Below, piece by piece: positions 38,298 to 48,573 of a DNA stretch of 64,000 nt. Each line of letters begins with the position of its first letter. Within the stretch, counting starts at the first letter, position 1. Source of the stretch: Leptospiraceae bacterium (GTDB taxonomy: Bacteria; Spirochaetota; Leptospiria; Leptospirales; Leptonemataceae); contig JAVJNR010000008.1 of assembly GCA_040217195.1 (NCBI GenBank), forward strand, positions 352,001 through 416,000. The letters run 5' to 3'. A program made the translations under genes and the position numbers. Under the pieces are notes generated by a model. That model ran no database searches and was not told the origin of the DNA. It saw only the letters and a list, made by a program, of their open reading frames with translations.

Positions 38298-40232
38298 ATG
38301 CGGCGATCGTTATATACAAAGAGTATTGCTCTGCTTTTGGGCTTTTTCCTGATTACAGGCCCGATCATGGCAGAACGTCCTCCTCAGAGGGCGCCCCGGG
38401 GAACCTTCATCCCCAACTTCAGGGACATGGAAATCAAAGATTTCCTGGAAAACATGGCCCGCGTCACCAGGAAAAACATTCTGGTAGATGACTCGGTAAA
38501 AGGCAAAATCAATATTATCTATTACAAGCCCATTCCTATTTCCAGGGCTATGGACTTTCTGCGAAGCGTTCTGGAGGTGCGAGGCTACGCAATCGTAGAA
38601 GAGGGCAACATCATAAAGGTCATTCCGGCAGAGAAAGCGCAGACCGTTTCCGAGGCCACGGATGGGGAGATCGATTCAAACGCCACGGAGACTCTGAGCA
38701 AGGTATTTAAAGTGCCGCCCAGGGTTAACCTGCAGGAATACGCTCAACTATTAAAAAGCCTGGCAGGTAAGGGAGCCCAGGTTGAAACCTATCGCTCCGG
38801 TAATGCAGTTATCGTCACCGGTTATGCTCCTGTTGTTAAGCGATTGATGGATATTACTAAATCCATCCTTCCCGATGGCATGGATAAGGATGGATCTCAG
38901 GGCAATGAAGGAGTCCATATCTATCAGGTAAAAAATCTTCAGGCCGAAAGTCTGGCTCAGGTTCTTGTTCGTTTGGACAATCCAGCTGCGGCACAAGAAG
39001 AGGGCGAAGATGGTAAACCCAAGGCAGTCACCACAACCGGAAAGATCAAAGCGGTGGCACACAAGGAATCCAATTCCATAATTGTAACTGCAAACTCGAA
39101 AGAATGGGAAGAAATAAAGAACATCATAGATCAACTGGACCAGAAAAGACAACAGATACTTCTGGAAGTACTGATCGTTGAAGTAAGAGGAAGCAATACA
39201 AATGACTTTGGTATTGACTGGCGATACCAGGGCGTAAACTCGGCGCATACGCAGTTTAACTCCGGTTACGCTGTGGAAGGTAACCTGGTGGATCCGGAAA
39301 CCGGGCGAATCACAGGTAACAACACCCTGTCCGGTTTTTCCCTGGGCTTTCTGGAACGCGGCGGCGAGCTTCTGGGAATCTTTAACGCAAACATTGACAA
39401 TCAAAACTTTAATGTGCTGTCTGCGCCCCAGGTTCTAACTCTGGATAATCAGGAAGCAGAGATCAATGTGGGTCAGGACGTTCCGGTGAGAACCCAGGAA
39501 AGGACGTCCGGCGGCGGAGCATCTGAAGCGACTGTAAACTCCTTTGAGTATCGTCCTGCAGGAATCAAGCTCAAGTTCACTCCTCATATCAATACGGAAG
39601 GCAACATCTCACTGGATGTATTCGCCGAGATTACCAACATTGAGGGCGGAGTTTCTTCTATCAGTAATCCTACTTTTAATAAGCGAAATGTAAAAACCTA
39701 CATCACCGTGGATAATCAACAAACCATCGTAATCGGCGGTCTGGTATCCAATGAGCGATTACAGGCCATAAAGCAGATACCACTTCTGGGAGACATCCCA
39801 TTGCTGGGTTTTCTCTTTCGCCGCACTACAATGACCAATCAGAGAACCAACTTGATGATATTTATCACTCCTCATATCCTGGATGACCGGGACGATGCGG
39901 ATCGAATTACAAATTTCAAACGAGAAACCCAGATTCAGGAAAGCCGCAAACGAGTGGAAGAGCTGAACCTGTGGCCTCAGCCAGACCCACCAGGTGGCCG
40001 GGAGGAAATACTGGAGGATAATGTTGAAGAGCATCCTGTGAAACCTTATAAGCGTCCCAATTTTGAGGAGCTGAGCAAGCCAAAGCCCTCCCGGGAAAAG
40101 GTTGAGGATCCCATGGATTCGGACAGCTCCGATGACATTAACTCTGGCCCTGATTCCAATTCTTACGGTCCGGAGCCCGCTACGGACACGGATACTCCGA
40201 AAGACGCAGAGGAAATGGAAGAGGAGCCCTGA
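38298..40232 (+). CDS. gspD: Type II secretion secretin GspD
   Basis: NFRDMEI, QILLEVLIVEV, LSAPQVLTLDNQEAEINVGQDVP, IPLLGDIPLLGFLF and LMIFITPHIL. Confidence 0.96.
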   Translation: MRRSLYTKSIALLLGFFLITGPIMAERPPQRAPRGTFIPNFRDMEIKDFLENMARVTRKNILVDDSVKGKINIIYYKPIPISRAMDFLRSVLEVRGYAIVEEGNIIKVIPAEKAQTVSEATDGEIDSNATETLSKVFKVPPRVNLQEYAQLLKSLAGKGAQVETYRSGNAVIVTGYAPVVKRLMDITKSILPDGMDKDGSQGNEGVHIYQVKNLQAESLAQVLVRLDNPAAAQEEGEDGKPKAVTTTGKIKAVAHKESNSIIVTANSKEWEEIKNIIDQLDQKRQQILLEVLIVEVRGSNTNDFGIDWRYQGVNSAHTQFNSGYAVEGNLVDPETGRITGNNTLSGFSLGFLERGGELLGIFNANIDNQNFNVLSAPQVLTLDNQEAEINVGQDVPVRTQERTSGGGASEATVNSFEYRPAGIKLKFTPHINTEGNISLDVFAEITNIEGGVSSISNPTFNKRNVKTYITVDNQQTIVIGGLVSNERLQAIKQIPLLGDIPLLGFLFRRTTMTNQRTNLMIFITPHILDDRDDADRITNFKRETQIQESRKRVEELNLWPQPDPPGGREEILEDNVEEHPVKPYKRPNFEELSKPKPSREKVEDPMDSDSSDDINSGPDSNSYGPEPATDTDTPKDAEEMEEEP

Positions 40233-40281
40233 GAATTAATGAAATGGTTGCTTTCGGAACGGCCCGGGGTGCAATGAAGCT

Positions 40282-41955
40282 ATGAGAAAGCCTTTTGGCG
40301 AAATTCTTCTGGAAGAGGGGGTCATCAACCGCGAAGAGCTGGATGAAGTCCTCAAGATCAAAGAGAAGTCTCCGCTTCGCATAGGTCAGATCATTCAGAA
40401 AAAGGGAATGGCCGAAGAGGCGGATGTACTAAAGGCTCTGGCCAACCAGTACGGCTACAAATTCGAAACCAAGCTTAATTATCAGTCCGATCCTCTTTTC
40501 AGTCGCATTCCCCGGCAGCTAATTGAGCGAAACCGGGTGATTCCCATTTCCAGAAAAGGAAAAACGATCACTGTGGCCGTGGCCAATCCGGCAGAGATCC
40601 ATCCCATGGATGATATTCGCCAGTACCTAAAAGGCTACAGGGTGAACTTCGTTATGTCCTCGGATACGGAGATCATGCGAATCATTCATGCAAACTTCCA
40701 GCAGGCCAGTGCTACAGCCGAGGAAGTAATGGAAGGCCTGGACGGCGATGAGTATGCAGACCTGGACAGCCTTTCGGAAGATACAATGGATATGGCCAAT
40801 GAGGCCCCCATCATCCGAATGGTGAATGCAATCCTTTCCCAGGGAGTACAGGAAAGAGCCTCCGATATCCATATTGAGCCATACGAAAAGACCCTGGATA
40901 TTCGGTATCGTATTGACGGTATCCTGCACCCCAGATTGAGCCCTCCGCGTATGATCCATGCAGGAGTGGTATCCAGAATCAAGATTATGGCGAATATGAA
41001 CATCGCCGAAAATCGATTACCCCAGGATGGGCGAATCAAGATCAAACTTTCTGGTAAAGAAGTAGATATTCGCGTATCTACCATTCCCACTCGTTACGGT
41101 GAGAGAGTGGTAATGAGACTCTTGAATAAGACAGATGTTAAATTCAGCCTGCAAACCCTGGGCTTTTATCCAGATGTGGAGCAAAGCATTCGAAACGTTA
41201 TCGCCGAGCCAAATGGAATTATTCTGGTAACCGGTCCCACGGGCTCCGGTAAGTCCACCACACTGTACGCTGTTCTTAGCGAACTGAATCAATCCGAGCG
41301 AAACATCATGACTGCCGAAGATCCGGTGGAATATGAAATATCAGGAGTGTCCCAGACCCAGGTCCAGGATAAGATTGGCCTTTCCTTTGCTCATTGTCTT
41401 AGAACCATGCTTCGCCAGGATCCAGATATCATTATGGTAGGTGAGATTCGAGACCAGGAAACGGCTCGTATTGCCATTCAGGCTGCTCTTACAGGTCACC
41501 TGGTTCTGTCCACCCTCCACACAAACGATGCACCTGCGGCCGTCACCAGGTTAATTGATATGGGAATTGAGCCCTATCTGATCACTTCCACCGTGCGAGC
41601 TGTTATCGCGCAAAGGCTTGTGCGAGTCATATGTCCGCATTGTAAGACTACCTATAAACCGCCCGCCGGAGAATTGAAGGATCTTGGAATTACTCCTGGT
41701 CAGCTCAAGAAAGGAGTTCTTTACAAAGGCGAAGGATGCGATCAATGCGTGGGCACCGGCTATATGGGTCGAAACGGTCTTTATGAATTCATGGAAGTGG
41801 ATACACAGGTCCAGAGAGCCATCCTGCAAGGAAAGGACTCAGAACAAATCCGTGAAGTGGCCGATGCTCAGGGGATGATGACTCTGCTGGAGTACGGTCG
41901 CCGAAAGGTGATAGACGGACTCACAACACCGGAAGAAGTGTTACGTGTCAGCTAA
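40282..41955 (+). CDS. gspE: Type II secretion ATPase GspE
   Basis: [50 protein letters not shown] and a tetracysteine motif. Confidence 0.96.
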   Translation: MRKPFGEILLEEGVINREELDEVLKIKEKSPLRIGQIIQKKGMAEEADVLKALANQYGYKFETKLNYQSDPLFSRIPRQLIERNRVIPISRKGKTITVAVANPAEIHPMDDIRQYLKGYRVNFVMSSDTEIMRIIHANFQQASATAEEVMEGLDGDEYADLDSLSEDTMDMANEAPIIRMVNAILSQGVQERASDIHIEPYEKTLDIRYRIDGILHPRLSPPRMIHAGVVSRIKIMANMNIAENRLPQDGRIKIKLSGKEVDIRVSTIPTRYGERVVMRLLNKTDVKFSLQTLGFYPDVEQSIRNVIAEPNGIILVTGPTGSGKSTTLYAVLSELNQSERNIMTAEDPVEYEISGVSQTQVQDKIGLSFAHCLRTMLRQDPDIIMVGEIRDQETARIAIQAALTGHLVLSTLHTNDAPAAVTRLIDMGIEPYLITSTVRAVIAQRLVRVICPHCKTTYKPPAGELKDLGITPGQLKKGVLYKGEGCDQCVGTGYMGRNGLYEFMEVDTQVQRAILQGKDSEQIREVADAQGMMTLLEYGRRKVIDGLTTPEEVLRVS

Positions 41956-43181
41956 TGCCCATCTACCGATATACAGCCCTTAACCGCAAAGGAAAAGAAG
42001 AGAAAGGAATCCTGGATGCTGGAAATGCCGTTCTGGCACGGAAAATGCTCCGTACAAAGGGCCTCTATGTTCGCACTATCTCTCAGGATGAAGAGAAAAG
42101 AGAAAGAGAGCTATTTCCCTTTCTTACTAAACTAATCTATCGGGTACCAAGGCGGGATGTGGCCCTATTTGCCCGTCAACTGGGAACTCTTCTGGATGCA
42201 GGTCTGCCCCTGGACCGATCCATGAACAACATTATAGATCAAACAGAAAATGAATTCCTCAAGAAAGCGCTAATCGAGGTGAAATCAGATGTTGTGGAGG
42301 GAGACTCACTTTCCATAGCACTTTCGAAGCATCCGGCCATATTTCCTTCAATCTATGGCAACCTCATTAGTGTGGGGGAAAAGACCGGTACCTACGAAAA
42401 GGCTTTGCTGAGATTGGCCGACCTGGAAGAAGCCAATCTGACAATGAAAAGTAAGGTGCAGGCAGCGCTGTTCTATCCGCTGCTTATGCTTGTACTTCTG
42501 GGAGCCATCATGGCCTTTCTGATGGGCATTGTTGTTCCTCAGATTGAACGCCTATTTGAAGAAATGGATATGGATCTGCCCCTGATTACCCAGGTGGTTC
42601 TGGCCATATCCGATTTAATGAGCTCCTGGAAAATCCTGATCGTAATTGGTATTATCGCCGGCGCAGTCTATGGAGTGCAGAGGTACTATTCCACTCCAGA
42701 AGGCAGGCGCCGGATCGAAGAACTACTTTTGAAAGTGCCTCTCATTGGTAGCCTTTTGCAGAAATCCCTTCTGGCCAGGTTCTCGCGAAATCTGGGGGTG
42801 ATGCTGGAAAACCGGGTTCCTCTGATTACATCCCTGCAGGTGGTTTCCAAAGTGGTAAACCATTCCATTTTCCATGCAGAGATTGAAGGGGCCATTGCAA
42901 AAATCAAGGAGGGCAGCCGAATTACAGAAGCCTTCCGGGACTCGGTAATAGTAAATCAGATGATTCTGGGAATGCTCAGCGCTGGAGAGGCTTCCGACAA
43001 CATTCCTGGAATGGTAAACAAAATCGCAGACATTCTGGATGAGGAAGTGAACGCCGCGGTGCAGAAATTTTCCACTTTACTTGAACCCATCATGATTATA
43101 TTAATGGGGGGACTGATCGCTTTAATCATGATGGCAATTCTGTTGCCTATCAACGATCTGCAGCAGAATATGCAATTCTAG
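41955..43181 (+). CDS. gspF: Type II secretion inner-membrane platform GspF
   Basis: FARQLGTLLDAGLPL, GEKTG, YP, GEAS and LEP; two GspF domains. Confidence 0.95.
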   Translation: MPIYRYTALNRKGKEEKGILDAGNAVLARKMLRTKGLYVRTISQDEEKRERELFPFLTKLIYRVPRRDVALFARQLGTLLDAGLPLDRSMNNIIDQTENEFLKKALIEVKSDVVEGDSLSIALSKHPAIFPSIYGNLISVGEKTGTYEKALLRLADLEEANLTMKSKVQAALFYPLLMLVLLGAIMAFLMGIVVPQIERLFEEMDMDLPLITQVVLAISDLMSSWKILIVIGIIAGAVYGVQRYYSTPEGRRRIEELLLKVPLIGSLLQKSLLARFSRNLGVMLENRVPLITSLQVVSKVVNHSIFHAEIEGAIAKIKEGSRITEAFRDSVIVNQMILGMLSAGEASDNIPGMVNKIADILDEEVNAAVQKFSTLLEPIMIILMGGLIALIMMAILLPINDLQQNMQF

Positions 43182-43221
43182 AGCTGCCCGGAAGATGGGC
43201 AATACAGACAGGAGAGAAGAA

Positions 43222-43716
43222 ATGAAAGAGGTGTTCCAGGCTCAGACCGCAAAAGAAAAACTGAGCAGAGCCCTGCGAAGGGTCCGAAAGCAAAAATCCA
43301 GACGAGGCCTTACACTGGTAGAACTGGCCATTGTACTTATGGTTCTGGGAATCATCATTGGCATTGTCTATGCAGGTATTAATACAGATTCCGTGGATGA
43401 AGCTCGTCTCATGGGCGTAAAAAGAAATGAGCCGATGCTAAAACTGAACTGGGAAAAGTATGAGCGCCGTGTAAACCAGATACCAACGGGTACAGCCATC
43501 GATATGCTTTCCCAGGATGATCAGCAGAATGGGTGGCGCGGAATCGATGAAAAACTAATCGAAGATATGTGGGGTCGTCCCTACTTCGTATGCGATCAAA
43601 ATGGATACCGTGAGCTATGCACATACGGCGCAGACGGTCAACCAGGAGGCGAAGGAATGAACCAGGATTTCGCCATCACAGATAAATCCAGCTGGCCGCC
43701 CTATCTCAAGGATTGA
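43222..43716 (+). CDS. gspG: Major pseudopilin GspG
   Basis: Prepilin site RRG|LTLVEL, DMWGRPY and YGADGQPGGEG..QD C-terminal loop, AGGAG SD. Confidence 0.88.
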   Translation: MKEVFQAQTAKEKLSRALRRVRKQKSRRGLTLVELAIVLMVLGIIIGIVYAGINTDSVDEARLMGVKRNEPMLKLNWEKYERRVNQIPTGTAIDMLSQDDQQNGWRGIDEKLIEDMWGRPYFVCDQNGYRELCTYGADGQPGGEGMNQDFAITDKSSWPPYLKD

Positions 43717-43782
43717 TCCAGATGGTACGCCAGGGCTTCCATAAAATAGCCCTGGCAGATTACCATTCCGGACAGTAGAAAG

Positions 43783-44340
43783 ATGAAGACCCGGAATAGC
43801 ATACGATTGAGGGTTCGAGCCGGACTGACCCTTGTAGAAACTGCCATAGTGATTTTGATACTTGGCATAATGATCGGCGTAGTTACTTCGCTTTATTCTG
43901 CAATTCCCAACCTTAGAAGTACAGAAACCGAAGCAGAAACCCTTCGGGGCTACTTTCAAAGCGCACGAAATACAGCTCTGTTTACAAATAACACTTTCTA
44001 CATTGAATTTGATCTTACCGAGAACCGGTACAGAGGCTATCTGATAGAGCGTGCCAACAATCGGAGCGATGAGAAGGAAAAGTTCGATCATAGTCTGGCA
44101 GATTCCAACGGATTGCTGGGAGTTTCTGTAGGCCTGAGCGGCAAGGTGCAGGAAGGAAAGATAACCATCATATTTCTACCGGATGGCACAGCCGAACAGG
44201 TTGCCGTGTATCTGGGAGAGCCTCCGCTTGCATCTAAGACTGTAATTCTCAACCGGTATGGAGGAAGCACAAGAATCGCTGACGGAGAGGCGGAACTGGA
44301 CCTGGATCGGGATTGGTCCCAGGACCTGGAGGAATTCTGA
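43783..44340 (+). CDS. gspH: Minor pseudopilin GspH-like
   Basis: AG|LTLVET, ARNTA and IIFLPDG; position after gspG. Confidence 0.78.
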   Translation: MKTRNSIRLRVRAGLTLVETAIVILILGIMIGVVTSLYSAIPNLRSTETEAETLRGYFQSARNTALFTNNTFYIEFDLTENRYRGYLIERANNRSDEKEKFDHSLADSNGLLGVSVGLSGKVQEGKITIIFLPDGTAEQVAVYLGEPPLASKTVILNRYGGSTRIADGEAELDLDRDWSQDLEEF

Positions 44341-44996
44341 TGCGATTCTTTCCAGGTAGAAACGGTGGTAACTTAGCAAAGACAGGCAATGTCCCGGATC
44401 AAGTGTCATCTTCCAGCGAATGGCACAGATTAGGCCATATCCTCAAGAACTGGAATACAAACATCCGAAACAGAACCGGTCTCACTCTTGTGGAAATGGC
44501 CATAGCAACTCTGGTGACTGCAGTATTCACCATGACGATCACCATGCAGATCGCAAGTTCCATTAAGGCGCAGGTGGAGGCAGACAGACTTTCCATAGCA
44601 TCCAGCCTCGCTCAAACGAAGATGAGCCAGCTACTGAGCACTCCCAGTCTGGAACCTACAAACAATTCCCATAGCTTTCCTGCAAATTCAGGCATCTACG
44701 CCGGCTACGAAGTGAAAGTAACAGTTAATCAGGACAAGATCAATCTTCAGGATACAATTTCCTCCGGTGAAATCAAAGGAGTGAACATTGACGATAAATT
44801 GCCTGCAGGTGTTCAGAATCAAGAACAGACCATTGAAAAGGCCGGTTCCTCAGAAGCATCGGTGACTGGCGGAGATGTAAACGTTTATAGAATTGTTATT
44901 GATATCAAAATTCCTCTTGGGCAGCGAGAATTCGAAATGTATAGAGTTGAAACCCTGCGTTCCGCAGATAAGCCCACGGAAATGGGAACTCCTTGA
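44340..44996 (+). CDS. gspI: Minor pseudopilin GspI-like
   Basis: TG|LTLVEM, A..LAQTKM; TGATG coupling with GGAGG SD at 44328-44332. Confidence 0.72.
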   Translation: MRFFPGRNGGNLAKTGNVPDQVSSSSEWHRLGHILKNWNTNIRNRTGLTLVEMAIATLVTAVFTMTITMQIASSIKAQVEADRLSIASSLAQTKMSQLLSTPSLEPTNNSHSFPANSGIYAGYEVKVTVNQDKINLQDTISSGEIKGVNIDDKLPAGVQNQEQTIEKAGSSEASVTGGDVNVYRIVIDIKIPLGQREFEMYRVETLRSADKPTEMGTP

Positions 44997-45178
44997 GACT
45001 GTGTTACATCTACCTGAACGGCCGTAGAGGCGCTCGGCAGTTAGAGATTGTTTGCGAGTGAGCTGGTATTTATCGGCCAGTCTTAAGGGAATAGAAGGAA
45101 GCAAAGTGATCGGAATCTGGATCTACCAGCAGACAGATGTAGAGATTCCGCTTATAAGAAATGGATTGAGCCATTAAC

Positions 45179-45898
45179 ATGACAGATTCCAGAATTCAAA
45201 AGCCTCAGTTCTACTATGCCAGACGGTTACGCCATCTGGCCGCTAGAAATAATGGATTCGGACGAAATCGGTCCGGCTTAACACTGGTGGAATTAGCCAT
45301 GGTTGTGCTGATTATGGGCGTCCTGTTCTCTGTCATGTTTGGTGTATTCTTTCGAGCTTCCGAAATCGCCCGGGAAGGCTCTCCTCCGGCAGAAGCCAGA
45401 CAAAGAGCCATGCTGGCTTTGGAAAACATTCGAACAGCGATTAACAATACCTACTACATGGCAGATATCGAACGTCTGGTATTCTATGGAAAAAGCAAAA
45501 CCACAGGCACAGGTTCTATGGATGAGCTCACCTTTGCTTCTGTGGTACCCGGAGCCGAAGAAAGCGGCACTCCAGAGGTAAGGGAGGTCTCCTTCTATCT
45601 GGCTCCTCCGGAGAATGCAACGTCCGACCAGGATGGATATATACTGTATCGCAGAGAAGATCAGCAGGTGGATGAGTACCCGGGAAAGGGGGGAGCCCAC
45701 TATCCTATGGCCGAGGGGATCCTTTCACTAAACTTCAAATATAGCTACAATGCAAAGACCTGGTATGATGATGAAGGTTGGAATACAAAGAAAAATGCCG
45801 CTTTACCCCGACTGGTACAGATCGAAATGATCGTCAAGGTGGGCGGCAGAAAAGAAAGGCTGGAAACCCTGGCCTCTCCAGGACTGTACATCAACTAA
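45179..45898 (+). CDS. gspJ: Minor pseudopilin GspJ-like
   Basis: SG|LTLVEL, REVSFYL, LYRRE and W.....LPRLVQI. Confidence 0.8.
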   Translation: MTDSRIQKPQFYYARRLRHLAARNNGFGRNRSGLTLVELAMVVLIMGVLFSVMFGVFFRASEIAREGSPPAEARQRAMLALENIRTAINNTYYMADIERLVFYGKSKTTGTGSMDELTFASVVPGAEESGTPEVREVSFYLAPPENATSDQDGYILYRREDQQVDEYPGKGGAHYPMAEGILSLNFKYSYNAKTWYDDEGWNTKKNAALPRLVQIEMIVKVGGRKERLETLASPGLYIN

Positions 45899-45995
45899 TG
45901 CCCATAAGCCAATCCCGAGCTACTAAACCTGCTGAAACTCGCCTGGGATAAAATAAGTATTCGTGGATTGTACCCAATCGGCCAGATTAAGCTCA

Positions 45996-46017
45996 ACATA
46001 AAAGGCTGATAGCCTTT
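45996..46017 (-). terminator. Putative terminator between the convergent gspJ and fcpA-like genes
   Basis: AAAGGCT-GAT-AGCCTTT hairpin (46001-46017); on the minus strand it runs into TTTTATGT. Confidence 0.45.
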
Positions 46018-46108
46018 CCAGTCTGCCCGAAACCAGTACGTTTCACTGAAGGCAAGCGGAGCCGCAAACCAGAAGTCTCATTAAACGAATAACCTCCGGG
46101 AAAACCAA

Positions 46109-47047
46109 TCAGGGTACAGAAACCGGTTGCACCGTGGTGCGATCTACCTGCACTTTGAGACGTTTGTATTCGTAGGAATCCTTACCATACTTCAGTTCAG
46201 CATACTTTAGAATGTTTTCATTCTTTCGGGCTTTCATGGCACGGTAAACATCTTCCCGCCCCATTTCTTTTGCAGATGCTTCTTGAGTTCTATAGGCAAT
46301 GGCCAGCAGGCGATAGGGTTCGGACTCGGTAGCATGCTCCTTCTTGAGCTCCAGGTATTCTTCCAGAACTGAAATAGTCATTCCTGGATTTCCGTTCTGG
46401 AACTGCAGCTTTACGTACTCTCGAATGGCAGCTCCTTTGAGGTTCAAATAAGGCTCGCTCTTCTTGATTTCCGGATTCTGAACCTTATCCAGCTGCTTCA
46501 TGGACTCTATGAGATAGCTCACAGCCTTATTTCTGTACTTTGAAAATACCTGTCGCTTTTCCCGGTCAAGACGATCCTTCTTTTCCTGCTTCTGCCAGTC
46601 ATACTGAGCCGGTAGCCTTTCGATTTTCTTTTTCGCTGTTTCGAATTCCTGGCCTGCTTCTCGCATCAATTCACCCGCTGTCTTATACAGGCTGCGAGCT
46701 TTCTGCATTCTCTCCAGGGATTTTTTCTGACTTAACTCATCCAGAATTTGTAACTCTGGAAAGCTTGAGGGAATCTCTGGATCCTCCCATTGACCGGGCT
46801 CATGGACTGGTTCATCCGGATCCTGGAAAGGCTTCTCCAGAACCGGACTATCAGGCTCAGGGGAATCCTCCGAAAAAAAGAAACTGTCTTCCGAATTTCG
46901 ATCTTTCTCTTCTTCGGTTGGTTCAGACGAAGGCTCCTCGGCCTGCAGAGGGGAGTGACTGGAGTCAGGTCCAGAAAGCAAGGGCAGACCATAGGCACTG
47001 ATGACGGTGAGTAAAATCAGGAAACTGGTTTTTCTTAGATGCATCAT
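46109..47047 (-). CDS. FcpA-related exported protein (flagellar filament sheath/coiling family)
   Basis: Signal peptide, then WQK..K.R.DR, LDKVQNP, ISVLEEYLEL and ELKYGKDSYEYK, which match my recollection of Leptospira FcpA (ELKYGKDSPEYK). Confidence 0.75.
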   Translation of the reverse strand: MMHLRKTSFLILLTVISAYGLPLLSGPDSSHSPLQAEEPSSEPTEEEKDRNSEDSFFFSEDSPEPDSPVLEKPFQDPDEPVHEPGQWEDPEIPSSFPELQILDELSQKKSLERMQKARSLYKTAGELMREAGQEFETAKKKIERLPAQYDWQKQEKKDRLDREKRQVFSKYRNKAVSYLIESMKQLDKVQNPEIKKSEPYLNLKGAAIREYVKLQFQNGNPGMTISVLEEYLELKKEHATESEPYRLLAIAYRTQEASAKEMGREDVYRAMKARKNENILKYAELKYGKDSYEYKRLKVQVDRTTVQPVSVP

Positions 47048-47097
47048 ATCATTCAAAATCTACTGGCAAGGGCCAGGGCCGGTACTTTTCTATCCTA

Positions 47098-47124
47098 CCA
47101 TCGGCAAAAACCGAGAAAACTGAA
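47098..47124 (-). promoter_or_regulatory. Candidate sigma28 (FliA) promoter for the fcpA-like gene
   Basis: TTCAGTTT-N11-GCCGATGG versus consensus TAAAGTTT-N11-GCCGATAA (6/8 and 6/8, exact spacing). Confidence 0.5.
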
Positions 47125-47144
47125 ACAGGACCTGCTCCATATTA

Positions 47145-48440
47145 ATGAAAGAGAACCTACCCGTCACTTACCTGGAAAACCGGCTACAAATAGAAGACGT
47201 ATCCGTGGTAGATCTGGTTCAAGCCTACGGAACGCCTCTGTACGTCTATTCGGCCAGCTACTTTGAATCAAGACTTGATCTCTACAACAAGGGTAGAGAA
47301 GGTCTGGAGGATCAGATTCAGTTCTGCTATGGAATGAAGGCTAATTCCAATCTGGAGTTGCTTCGACTGGTCGCCTCTCGAGGCTGGGGAGCCGATATAG
47401 TCAGTGGCGGAGAACTGTACCGTTGCCTGAAAGCCGGTATAGATCCGGCAAAAATTGTATTCTCCGGAGTGGGAAAAACAGAAGAGGAAATCGCATTTGC
47501 TCTGGAATCGAGCATCCATCTATTCAGCGTTGAAAGCGCATCTGAGCTTAGATTGATTTCCAGGATTGCCAGCCAACGGGAAAAAATTGCTCCCGTAGGC
47601 ATCCGAATCAATCCAGATGTGGACCCAAAAACCCACCCCTATATCTCCACTGGCCTGAAAGAAAACAAATTCGGTGTAGCACATTCTGAGGCGCTGGAAA
47701 TTTATCGAGAAGCAGCGCAATTGCCAGGAATTGAAATCAAAGCAGCTGGATTTCATATCGGTTCACAGCTTCTGGACACAGGCTCTTACAGAGAAGCAGC
47801 GGAAAGACTGTTGGGCCTGGTGCAGCAAATCGAAGAGGCAGGCATCCCGATAAACGAGATTGATGTAGGTGGAGGTCTGGGCATAGATTATCTGGAAGAC
47901 CATAATCTGGATGAGCCTCTGGAGACCCCGGACCCGTCCGAGTTTGTAAAGCAAATCTGGAAATGGATCAATGAAAACCAGGCAAACACAAACGGGAAGG
48001 TACGAAAGATCACTTTTGAGCCCGGCCGAAGTGTGGCCGGAAACTCGGGATTTCTAATAACCAGAATATTGTACAAAAAATCCAATGAAGATCGCACTTT
48101 CTTCGTATGCGATGCGGCCATGAATGATCTGCTTCGACCCTCTCTGTATCAGGCCTATCATCGGGTGCTGCCAGAAAGCAGTAATCGAGGCACATCGTAT
48201 GGCGATCTGGTAGGACCTGTATGCGAAAGCGGGGACTTTCTGGCCAGAGGTAGAGATCTGCCGGACTTTCGCGAAGAGGACCTGGCAGTGCTAGCTTCCG
48301 CAGGCGCCTATGGATTCATCATGTCTTCGAATTACAATACCAGACCCAGAGCGGCTGAAGTACTTGTGCGCGGTAAATCCCACAAACTAATTCGAAAACG
48401 AGAAACCTATGAACAATTACTGGAAAATGAGATACTGTAA
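47145..48440 (+). CDS. lysA: Diaminopimelate decarboxylase
   Basis: YGTPLYVY, YGMKANS (PLP Lys), HIGSQ, EPGRS, GPVCESGD, GAYG and SNYNTRPR. Confidence 0.96.
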   Translation: MKENLPVTYLENRLQIEDVSVVDLVQAYGTPLYVYSASYFESRLDLYNKGREGLEDQIQFCYGMKANSNLELLRLVASRGWGADIVSGGELYRCLKAGIDPAKIVFSGVGKTEEEIAFALESSIHLFSVESASELRLISRIASQREKIAPVGIRINPDVDPKTHPYISTGLKENKFGVAHSEALEIYREAAQLPGIEIKAAGFHIGSQLLDTGSYREAAERLLGLVQQIEEAGIPINEIDVGGGLGIDYLEDHNLDEPLETPDPSEFVKQIWKWINENQANTNGKVRKITFEPGRSVAGNSGFLITRILYKKSNEDRTFFVCDAAMNDLLRPSLYQAYHRVLPESSNRGTSYGDLVGPVCESGDFLARGRDLPDFREEDLAVLASAGAYGFIMSSNYNTRPRAAEVLVRGKSHKLIRKRETYEQLLENEIL

Positions 48441-48441
48441 T

Positions 48442-48560
48442 TCCTGCATTTGCGGCCTTGCCCGCGCCTGAAACCCATCGCTGGAATCCGAATACTCAAC
48501 ACCAGTCCCGGAACGCTTTTCGCAGTTCAAGCTATTGCGATGGAGCAGGCAAATGCAGGA
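48442..48560. repeat. 12-bp perfect inverted repeat closing a nested stem-loop
   Basis: TCCTGCATTTGC (48442-48453) / GCAAATGCAGGA (48549-48560), with inner CCATCGC / GCGATGG. Confidence 0.85.
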
Positions 48561-48573
48561 GTCCGGGCGCATA

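Noticed and set aside
47057..47144. Lysine riboswitch upstream of lysA
   Set aside because: The spacer is under 100 nt, too short, and lacks the conserved elements.
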